From Actinomycetes bacterium (lineage in GTDB: Bacteria > Actinomycetota > Acidimicrobiia > Acidimicrobiales > JAMCPL01), in assembly GCA_021841005.1 (NCBI GenBank), contig JAKBVZ010000015.1, forward strand, positions 16,795 to 80,794: a stretch of 64,000 nt of DNA. Reading direction: 5' to 3'. Numbering within the stretch: position 1 is the stretch's first letter; each line of letters starts with the position of its first letter. Position numbers and translations under genes: made by a program. The notes under the pieces are model-generated. The model searched no databases. It saw only the letters and a program-made list of their open reading frames with translations, and was not told where the DNA came from. Shown here one piece after another: positions 38,304 through 46,379 of this stretch.

Positions 38304-39266
38304 TCACCGGGGAAAGCCCGGCGACTGTGCTGCAACTGCCTCCAAGAGCGTGAGCGCCTCTCTGGTGGCGCGCACGTCGTGTACCCTCACCACGGATGTA
38401 CCGGTCATAAACGCCCATACGGCAGTAGCCAACGAACCGGAAAGGCGCATGGACGGATCCAGTGTCTCGCCGGCGTGCCGTGCCCCCAGCACGCCAAGGA
38501 AACTCTTGCGGCTGGTACCGACAAGAACGGGAAACCCGTGAGATGCCAGCCTGGGAAGCGCTCTGAGCAGCTCCACATTGTGCACAAGAGTCTTCCCAAA
38601 CCCGATCCCGGGATCTATCCACACCTCCTCCACCCCGGCATCCACGGCCCTGGACGCCACATCCAGCAGAAAGCTCTCGACCTCGGCCACTACGTCGCTA
38701 TATGTAGGAGACTCCTGCATATCCTGCGGATCACCCTTCATATGCATGGCTATCCAACCGGCATGGTGATCCGCTGCCACGGGGTAGAGGGAACCGGAAA
38801 CATCGTTGATTATGGATGCGCCAGCCCGTACGGCCTCGCGTGCGACGGCATCCTTTCGAGTATCGATGGAAATCCGGGCATGCTTGGCAAGTTCGCCAAC
38901 TACTGGTAGTACCCTGTCCATTTCTTCCTGCTCGCCAACCGGCGATGCACCCGGCCTAGTGGATTCGCCCCCGATGTCCAGGATGTCCGCGCCCTCGGCA
39001 ACCATCTCCATGCCTCTTTCAATGGCCATACCGGGCTCGGGGTACCGGCTGCTGGGAAAGAAGGAATCGGGGGTTACGTTGATTATGCCCATTATCGCCC
39101 GGTGCCCGCCCAGCGTGGCATGGAGTCTCGTCGATTCCGAAATTGCATTTATCGAGCCATCATGCACTGCCCGGTCATCTGCTGAGCCATCATGCACTGC
39201 CCGGTCATAGACCAGGCCACTGCCTGCAAACAGACCAGTCACTGAACCGCTAACCATTGGTTCCAT
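38304..39266 (-). CDS. folP: dihydropteroate synthase
   Basis: '[11 protein letters not shown]' and '[11 protein letters not shown]'. The N-terminal extension contains a 30-bp tandem duplication, so the start is uncertain (39257-39308). Confidence 0.92.
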   Translation of the reverse strand: MEPMVSGSVTGLFAGSGLVYDRAVHDGSADDRAVHDGSINAISESTRLHATLGGHRAIMGIINVTPDSFFPSSRYPEPGMAIERGMEMVAEGADILDIGGESTRPGASPVGEQEEMDRVLPVVGELAKHARISIDTRKDAVAREAVRAGASIINDVSGSLYPVAADHHAGWIAMHMKGDPQDMQESPTYSDVVAEVESFLLDVASRAVDAGVEEVWIDPGIGFGKTLVHNVELLRALPRLASHGFPVLVGTSRKSFLGVLGARHAGETLDPSMRLSGSLATAVWAFMTGTSVVRVHDVRATREALTLLEAVAAQSPGFPR

Positions 39267-39879
39267 GCACAAAAGACATGGCTTCGAGGCGCGTCCTCGG
39301 GTCGTCACGGAACACTCCCCTCACTGCAGACGTAATCGTCATCGTCCCCGGCTTCTTGACGCCTCGCATAGCCATACAGAGATGCTCCGCCTCTACTACC
39401 ACCAGCACGCCCCGCGGCGACAGCACCGCTTCCATCGCGTCGGCTATCTGCGTGGTCATCCGCTCCTGCACCTGGAGCCTACGTGCATAACCCTCTACGA
39501 GCCTAGCCAGCTTGGACAAGCCGGTAATCCTTCCCTCCCTGCCAGGGATATAAGCGACATGCGCTTTGCCCAGAAATGGAATCAGGTGATGCTCGCACAT
39601 CGACCCGAACGGTATATCCTTCACCATGACCATTTCCTCATGGCCAGCAGCAAAAGTAACCTCTAGGTGCTGGGATGGGTCCTGCTCGATACCGGCGAAT
39701 ATCTCGCTGCACATGGCGGCCACCCTCTTGGGAGTCTCATGCAGCCCGTCACGGTCAGGATCCTCGCCAATGGCATGGAGTAGCTCCCTGACCGCATTCT
39801 CGGCCCTCTCCATGTCCACGCTCACTGCTGTACCCCCAGAGAATGCCGTGCAGGAAGGTACTGTACCCCCAGAGGACAC
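39250..39879 (-). CDS. folE: GTP cyclohydrolase I
   Basis: '[10 protein letters not shown]' and '[10 protein letters not shown]'. The start may be ATG 39813; the region upstream of it contains a 33-bp in-frame tandem duplication. Confidence 0.94.
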   Translation of the reverse strand: MSSGGTVPSCTAFSGGTAVSVDMERAENAVRELLHAIGEDPDRDGLHETPKRVAAMCSEIFAGIEQDPSQHLEVTFAAGHEEMVMVKDIPFGSMCEHHLIPFLGKAHVAYIPGREGRITGLSKLARLVEGYARRLQVQERMTTQIADAMEAVLSPRGVLVVVEAEHLCMAMRGVKKPGTMTITSAVRGVFRDDPRTRLEAMSFVHGTNG

Positions 39880-39957
39880 TGCCTACCGGTCAGACGGTTT
39901 GCTCCAGCAGGGCGCCGCGCCATCGACAAACGCTGTAGTGCAGTGCGATACCGTACC

Positions 39958-40503
39958 TCAGGAAGCTTCGGGGCCAGTATATATATATACGTCTCGGAGA
40001 TTGCGGTAGCGCTCATTCATATCCAACCCGTACCCGACCACAAAACGCGGAGGGATATGAAAACCTGCGTAACGCACCTCCTGATCCGCTCGCCGCACGC
40101 CATCTTTCACCAGCAATGCACATACCTCCAGGCTAGCAGGATTGCGAGCAAGCAGGCTACGCTTCAGGTAGGAAAGGGTAAGCCCGCTGTCCACTATGTC
40201 CTCCACAATGAGCACATGCCGGTCGGTGAGATCCGTGTCTAGGTCCTTGATGATCCTTACCACCCCGCTGGTGGAGGTGGCCGAACCATAGGATGAGATC
40301 GCCATCATGTCTATTTCCAGAGGGATATCCAATTCCCTGATCAGATCTCCCATGAAAATCAATGCGCCTTTCAATACTCCGACGAGCAACGGCACGCGCT
40401 CCGAGTAATCTGCAGCCAACTCGGCCGCCAACTCAGCAGTCCGCTTCCGTATGTCTTCTTCGGACACCACTATCTCACCGAGATGTTCATAGCCTTCACG
40501 CAT
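39958..40503 (-). CDS. hpt: hypoxanthine phosphoribosyltransferase
   Basis: PRPP loop 'VLIVEDIVDSGLTLSYL'. Confidence 0.95.
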   Translation of the reverse strand: MREGYEHLGEIVVSEEDIRKRTAELAAELAADYSERVPLLVGVLKGALIFMGDLIRELDIPLEIDMMAISSYGSATSTSGVVRIIKDLDTDLTDRHVLIVEDIVDSGLTLSYLKRSLLARNPASLEVCALLVKDGVRRADQEVRYAGFHIPPRFVVGYGLDMNERYRNLRDVYIYTGPEAS

Positions 40504-40970
40504 TGCAATTACCTCCGCTGCCTCTGCTGCTCCGCTGCCTCCGCTGTCCAGCCATTAGGCGATACACTTCGCAGCAAGGCGCCGCCGATCATCATACACA
40601 AGATGCCGCCGCCCTGCAGTTCCAAGCCCTGAACAGCCGGATCCCCCAGAAGCACTAGCGGGAATTGGCGTCCGGAAAGAGCGGGCAGTCGAAGAGAGGA
40701 GGCGCCTGGAATGAATGGGTTATGCTTCCAGCATGCGATACTGGCGTGGTGGCACATGGATCCGTGATGGCGTTACAGGCACCGTCTATAATTATAAGCA
40801 GTGAACATCTCCCTACTGATTACCCCTGAAAGCAGCGTATGATGTCGTCCTCGCACGCTACATCCTTAAGTACCTATCCGCAGACGATCTTGGCCTGGCA
40901 AGATACCGAAGCGCAATTTGCGGCCAACAATTACTACGGAGATTCAAGAAAATTGATTCGTGAGGAAGGG

Positions 40971-41670
40971 TTCGAAAAGGCCAAAAGGTCGTCCGGGTGG
41001 AATTTCCTGACCTGGATGGGCACGATAGGCCGCACTCCTTATGCTGCGCCGCTGTGGCCGAAAGAGTATGGCGGACTCTCGGGCGAGGCCTGGATTGTTA
41101 GCAGATGTGCGTATCCCGGATGCCAACAGGGTCGGGCAGGTGGGCGACGGCTGGAGATGCGCCCGAACCACTCTGATGAATGAGCGCACCGCTCTTTCTG
41201 GCATATCCCTGGATCCCGTATCCATATTCGGCGGAACGAGAAAAGACCCCTGGCAAACGTTTCTCGGAGATCTGCCGCACACGGACGGCCCCGCAATACG
41301 CCGGCAAATCGCCAGGATCTACGTGGAGTCGGAAGTATAAGAGGTGACTACGTTCAGAGCCAACGCCGCCAGGATGAGGGGTGCTCGGCCTGGCCCCGAA
41401 GGGGCAGTGAACAAGGTATTCAATGCCGAGTTCAACCAGCGCAAGTCCACATTTGCGATCAATGCCAACGGCATGTCCGCAGTTGCGTGTATGCCAGGGA
41501 ACACTGCGGCTGAAGCCAGGGCGCAGACCTTTCTCAGAGCCAGGGCAGCCACTATCGAAGGCGGCACGTCGGAGGTGTTGCGCAGCCAGATGGCAGAGAG
41601 GATTCTCGGCCTGCCAAGGGATTTAGATGTCGACAAGGGCATCTCGTGGACACAGACCAAACGCAACTAG
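40971..41670 (+). pseudogene. degraded acyl-CoA dehydrogenase gene, copy B (inverted relative to copy A and lacking the first ~42 codons)
   Basis: It has the same internal deletion and frame shift as copy A, but its nonsense codon is a different TAA at 41338-41340. The C-terminal 106 aa differ from copy A at 14 positions, counted by eye. Confidence 0.85.
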
Positions 41671-41767
41671 CAGTGGGTGCGTAAGCCATAACCTTCAAAA
41701 AGCAGATTGGCGCCCACGTATCTTGTTGCACGGGCAAACGTTCGTGCGTGCGTGGCAATGGGCCGGA

Positions 41768-42736
41768 TCAGCGAACCCTGATTACCTGGGTGTTGCCGAT
41801 GGAATCATGCCAGGCTCTCCACGATTTGCTCCAGAGCGGTGAAAGGGCATTCAGCACCCCGGGCAGGATAAACGCCAGGAAGAGCACGACAAAGACAGCC
41901 CTGCGTACCAACGCCCTTGCAGCACCCGCCTGCCCGCCCGTAACAGCGTCGCGAGTGGCGATCCCGAGGGCCATCTTGCCCACGGTCTGGCCACGTGTGC
42001 TGCCATCCATCAGCGCAAAGTATCCCAGCAAGATGACCAGTTCGAGCACGTAGACCTCCATAAGGTGCGTATTGAACACCGGCAATCCATTATTGCCCGT
42101 AGAAATCTTACCGGGTAGGACTACGCTCACGATCACGGAGCCGACAATATTGATAAGGAGAATGTCCAGTATGTATGCTAGGGCACGCTTCCACCACGGA
42201 GCGCATGGACGGCCCAAACAATCGACCGGTCCGGGATACTGTAGCGCCTGACCAGGAAACTGACCATATCCACCAGCTCCGTGTACGCCCGGCATGCCGG
42301 CACTTCCAGGATGCCCCCATCGAGGCGGAGCACTCTGGTACGGATTCTCCGGAAACATCCCATCCTGTAGCTGGTCGTTGCCATTCGAGGTATCTTGCGG
42401 ATAGCGGTTGCCATTTTGACGGGCCTGGCCGGAAGTACCTCCGTAACGCTTGCCGTTCACGCGACCGTATGTACGTACACCAGCATCATCATTATCACTG
42501 TCATCGTGCCGGCGCCTGGAATCCCCCGACCCGCCTACCTCCTCCGACCCGTAAAAAGGTGCCCTGCCGTAAGCAGGTTCGGGTAGGTTCGGCTTGGCTT
42601 GGCCGGGTTCGGGTTGGCTTGGACTGGATTGCCTGGGTTCGGGTAGGTTCGGCTTGGCTTGGCCGGGTTCGGGTAATGCCGACTCAGGCCGACCCGGACC
42701 ATGGTCATTCTCTTGCTCGTCGTCTGCCATATACAC
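41768..42736 (-). CDS. RDD-family membrane protein with a Pro-rich repetitive N-terminus
   Basis: RDD domain 'WWKRALAYILDILLINIV...GKMALGIATRD'. The N-terminus carries 'PEPGQAKPNLPEP' twice, encoded by a 60-bp tandem DNA repeat at 42574/42634. Confidence 0.8.
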   Translation of the reverse strand: MYMADDEQENDHGPGRPESALPEPGQAKPNLPEPRQSSPSQPEPGQAKPNLPEPAYGRAPFYGSEEVGGSGDSRRRHDDSDNDDAGVRTYGRVNGKRYGGTSGQARQNGNRYPQDTSNGNDQLQDGMFPENPYQSAPPRWGHPGSAGMPGVHGAGGYGQFPGQALQYPGPVDCLGRPCAPWWKRALAYILDILLINIVGSVIVSVVLPGKISTGNNGLPVFNTHLMEVYVLELVILLGYFALMDGSTRGQTVGKMALGIATRDAVTGGQAGAARALVRRAVFVVLFLAFILPGVLNALSPLWSKSWRAWHDSIGNTQVIRVR

Positions 42737-42906
42737 TTATCCTAACATGTCGCCCGGTGAATGTGGATCGGGCCCGCAGGGAGCGAAGTGGAATGCTGGC
42801 AGGGAGAGGGAGAGGAGCCGCTGGATGCGTTGGAGAAACTAGCAGCGGATAAGGAGCAACGACGGGAGACAGCCAGGGCGAGTAGCGTTGCCCCGGATTT
42901 TCGGTA

Positions 42907-44094
42907 ATGATATACATAGATATGACCTGGGTGGATCTTGTGATACTGGTACTGGTCGGATTGGCCGCCGTGAGGGGGCTCAGGCTCGGTGCCGTCCAGC
43001 AGATACTGTCGTTCGGCGGCTTCTGGCTGGGACTGTTCCTGGGCGCCCTCATCGCGCCATTTTTCGCACATACGGTCTCGTCATCGCTGGCCAAGGGGGT
43101 AATAGTAATCGTCGCCGTACTAGGATCCGCCATCGTACTCGGTGGCCTGGGCAGGGTCGTGGGATCATTCTTCTCCACTGCGATCAGGCGCATCCATCTT
43201 GGAGGGGTGGACACAGTGCTCGGAGTGGGGGTGGCGGTAGTGGCCACTCTCCTCGCCTGCTGGCTGGTGGCAAGCTTCATGGTCAATTCCAGATGGCCCG
43301 CCCTGGATAGCGCCATAGGCGGTTCAAGGATAATCACCGCGATGGATCGGATACTGCCTGCGCCTCCAGCTCTATTCTCCAAGGTGGAGAGCTTCCTCAC
43401 CCAGGAGGGGTTCCCGGTTGCTTTTGCAGGTATACCGCCACAGGTGTCCGGCAAGGTCACCCTGCCGGACAATGCTCAGGTACGAGCCGCTCTCACTGCT
43501 GATGCATCGTCCACCGTGGAGATCGAAGGCCGTGCCTGCGGGCTCATGCTGGAGGGAAGCGGCTTTGTGGTGGCACCCGGATACGTCGTCACCAATGCTC
43601 ATGTGGTGGCAGGCGAGCGGAGCACGTACGTACTGGAAAACGGGCAGCAGTTTCCCGCCACCCCGGTACTCTACGATCCCAAACTAGACATATCGGTGCT
43701 ACGGGCCCCTACCTTCTCCAAGCCTCCCCTGAAGCTTGATCCTCACCTAGTGCCGACCGGAACCCCAGGCGTAGTGATGGGCTATCCCGAAGACGGCCCA
43801 TTCACCTACGGAACTGCCGGCATAATGGCTTTGTACGATGCAAGGGGGCTCGACATATACGGCAACGCCTACGTCACCAGGCAGATATATGGCCTCCGGG
43901 CCATCGTGCGTCCCGGAAACTCGGGTGGCCCCCTCGCGGAGCCGGATGGCACAGTCATTGGCGTGGTGTTTGCCCGTTCGACCACCAATTCGCAGGTGGG
44001 CTATGCAATCGCATCACCAGCGGTACTGGCTGAAGTGCATCCTGCGCTCCACAGCACCACCAGGGTATCGACAATGGGATGTTCCAGTGCCTGA
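42907..44094 (+). CDS. marP: MarP-type protease: CvpA-like 4-TM domain fused to a trypsin-like serine protease
   Basis: N-terminal TM helices, protease 'VVTNAHVV' (His), and 'RPGNSGGPL' (Ser). The start may be ATG 42922. Confidence 0.85.
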   Translation: MIYIDMTWVDLVILVLVGLAAVRGLRLGAVQQILSFGGFWLGLFLGALIAPFFAHTVSSSLAKGVIVIVAVLGSAIVLGGLGRVVGSFFSTAIRRIHLGGVDTVLGVGVAVVATLLACWLVASFMVNSRWPALDSAIGGSRIITAMDRILPAPPALFSKVESFLTQEGFPVAFAGIPPQVSGKVTLPDNAQVRAALTADASSTVEIEGRACGLMLEGSGFVVAPGYVVTNAHVVAGERSTYVLENGQQFPATPVLYDPKLDISVLRAPTFSKPPLKLDPHLVPTGTPGVVMGYPEDGPFTYGTAGIMALYDARGLDIYGNAYVTRQIYGLRAIVRPGNSGGPLAEPDGTVIGVVFARSTTNSQVGYAIASPAVLAEVHPALHSTTRVSTMGCSSA

Positions 44095-44226
44095 ACGACA
44101 GTGCCGGTAATGGCAAGGCAACTTGAAAGCCGGGGTAAGCAACGGCAGCGGGAACATTTGGGTGGACGTGATGGACGGGGTGGAGCGAGGATTATGGACA
44201 GCGGGATATTCAGGAAAGTAAGACCA

Positions 44227-44250
44227 GGATAAGGATAAGGATAAGGATAG
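44227..44250 (+). repeat. (GGATAA)x3 + GGATAG hexamer tandem repeat ending 4 nt before the GH15 start codon
   Basis: Read directly: GGATAAGGATAAGGATAAGGATAG-gtag-ATG. Confidence 0.95.
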
Positions 44251-44254
44251 GTAG

Positions 44255-46213
44255 ATGGCACTTCCCATAGAGGACTACGGCATAATAGGAGATACTCACA
44301 CTGTGGCCCTAGTGGGCAGGAACGGCTCGATAGACTGGCTCTGCCTGCCTAGATTCGATTCGGAGGCGTGCTTCGCCGCCCTGCTCGGCAACGACTCCAA
44401 TGGCTGCTGGAAAATATCACCGGCCAGCGGGGGCATGGCAACCCGCAGGCACTACATGGGGAACACTCTTGTACTGGTAAGCGAGTTCGACACCAATCAG
44501 GGTACCGCCAGGGTGATCGACACCATGCCCATAAGGGAGGAGCATCCATGGGTCATCCGCGTCGTTGAAGGAGTCTCCGGTAAGGTCGATATGCGCATGG
44601 ACCTTACCATCAGGTTTGGATACGGTCGCACCATTCCCTGGGTACACCGATCAGATGGCCTGCTGGTGGCCGTTGCCGGACCTGACACGCTGGCACTGTG
44701 GACGCCGGTCGAGACAAGGGGCGTCGACCGTTCCACCGTAGCCGAGTTCTCCATCTCCGAAGGCCAGCGGATACCGTTCACTCTCTCTTGGAGTCAGTCT
44801 CATCAAAATCCCCCGCGACCCATAGATGCCTGGTATTCCATAGAGGATACCCGCACCTGTTGGGAGGAGTGGGTGTCCCACTGCACATTTGACGGAGAGT
44901 GGGGAGAGGCCGTCGTACGGTCACTGATCACCCTGAAGGCGCTCACCTACGAGCCTACTGGCGGCATAGTCGCTGCAGCGACCGCAGCACTACCAGAGAC
45001 CCTGGGCGGGATGCGCAATTGGGATTACCGGTACTGCTGGCTCAGGGATGCCACCCTCACCCTTGGGGCGCTGATGAGGAGCGGCTACCATGAAGAGGCG
45101 CTCGCATGGAGAGACTGGCTGCTGAGAGCCGTAGCCGGTGACCCCTCCGAGCTCCAGATAATGTACGGTCCTGCCGGAGAAAGGCGGCTTGCCGAGTGGA
45201 ACGCTACCTGGCTACCTGGCTACGAGGGCTCCAAGCCCGTACGGATCGGCAATGCAGCGTCGGAACAGTACCAGCTCGACGTCTACGGCGAGGTGCTCTC
45301 CACCCTGTGCGAAGCGGCAAGAGTAGGAGACATCCCGACACCTGCCACCTGGGGCCTGGCAAGCACGCTCATGGAGTTCCTCGAATCCAACTGGTCACGG
45401 CCGGATGACGGGATATGGGAGGTACGCGGCCCGCAACGGCACTTTACCCATTCAAAGGTGATGGCCTGGGCAGGGGTGGACAAAATAATCAAAATGGCGG
45501 AGGCTTTCCCCCCGGATGCTGTTACCGCGCCTGCACGGAACACGGGTACAAAAGGCATGTCTCGCGCGATCGGCAAAGGAGATTCCGGGAGCGAGCCAGC
45601 TGGCCTGCCGATCGACAGATGGCGCCAGTTGCGCAGCAACATCCACAAGGAAGTGCTCGAGGCGGGCTACAACCCGAAAGTAGGCGCATTCACCCAATTC
45701 TACGGATCCGATGCCCTTGACGCGAGCGTACTCATGATACCTCTGGTCGGCTTCCTGCCTGCCACCGACGAGCGCATGGTCTCCACCATTGAAGCCATCG
45801 AACGTGACCTGACCGAGGACGGGTACGTACTGCGTTACAGGGCTGAGGATGCCCACGACGTGGACGGCTTGAGCGGGCGTGAGGGAGCCTTCCTGGCGTG
45901 TTCGTTCTGGATGGCCGACTGCCTTGCGCTAATAGGCAGGGAATCCGATGCGAGGGCCCTCTTCGAGAAGTTGCTGGGGCTGAGAAACGATCTGGGGCTC
46001 CTGTCCGAGGAGTATGACATGGTGGCACAACGGCTGGTGGGTAACTTCCCGCAGGCGTTCTCCCATGTGTCGCTCGTCAACGCCGCATACAACCTATCGG
46101 GACATTCGATGGATACAGGTAGGTCAATACCACCCAGCCAACTCCTGCGCAAGGTCAGGCAAGGTTCCCGGCGGAAGAAGTCATCGCTGCACCGCCGCCA
46201 CAGCATCTCGTAG
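44255..46213 (+). CDS. glycoside hydrolase family 15 (glucoamylase/trehalase-type)
   Basis: 'IEDYGIIGDTHTVALVGRNGSIDWLCLPRFDS', 'NWDYRYCWLRDA' and 'LSEEYD'. Confidence 0.9.
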   Translation: MALPIEDYGIIGDTHTVALVGRNGSIDWLCLPRFDSEACFAALLGNDSNGCWKISPASGGMATRRHYMGNTLVLVSEFDTNQGTARVIDTMPIREEHPWVIRVVEGVSGKVDMRMDLTIRFGYGRTIPWVHRSDGLLVAVAGPDTLALWTPVETRGVDRSTVAEFSISEGQRIPFTLSWSQSHQNPPRPIDAWYSIEDTRTCWEEWVSHCTFDGEWGEAVVRSLITLKALTYEPTGGIVAAATAALPETLGGMRNWDYRYCWLRDATLTLGALMRSGYHEEALAWRDWLLRAVAGDPSELQIMYGPAGERRLAEWNATWLPGYEGSKPVRIGNAASEQYQLDVYGEVLSTLCEAARVGDIPTPATWGLASTLMEFLESNWSRPDDGIWEVRGPQRHFTHSKVMAWAGVDKIIKMAEAFPPDAVTAPARNTGTKGMSRAIGKGDSGSEPAGLPIDRWRQLRSNIHKEVLEAGYNPKVGAFTQFYGSDALDASVLMIPLVGFLPATDERMVSTIEAIERDLTEDGYVLRYRAEDAHDVDGLSGREGAFLACSFWMADCLALIGRESDARALFEKLLGLRNDLGLLSEEYDMVAQRLVGNFPQAFSHVSLVNAAYNLSGHSMDTGRSIPPSQLLRKVRQGSRRKKSSLHRRHSIS

Positions 46214-46242
46214 ACAACTGAATCACAACCATATCACGATAT

Positions 46243-46272
46243 AATATAGCCACAATATATTGTAGCTATATT
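46243..46272. repeat. 30-bp AT-rich near-perfect palindrome between convergent genes, flanked by 9-bp direct repeats
   Basis: AATATAGCCACAATATATTGTAGCTATATT has 2 mismatches to its reverse complement. 'CACGATATA' occurs at 46235 and 46282. Confidence 0.85.
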
Positions 46273-46379
46273 ACCTATACCGCACGATATAGGAAGCGCT
46301 GATCTGTCTTTCGACGGTTCCGACCCACGCTGGTCTCGACCCACGTTTCTGGCGGCGGTCAACCTGCCCGACCGGTACC

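Noticed and set aside
40504-40970. The gene-free 467 bp upstream of hpt as a remnant of the displaced tilS.
   Set aside because: I could not recognise any TilS-like peptide (PP-loop or C-terminal domain) in any frame by eye. It would need a sensitive tblastn or HMM search, so it is left as unexplained spacer.
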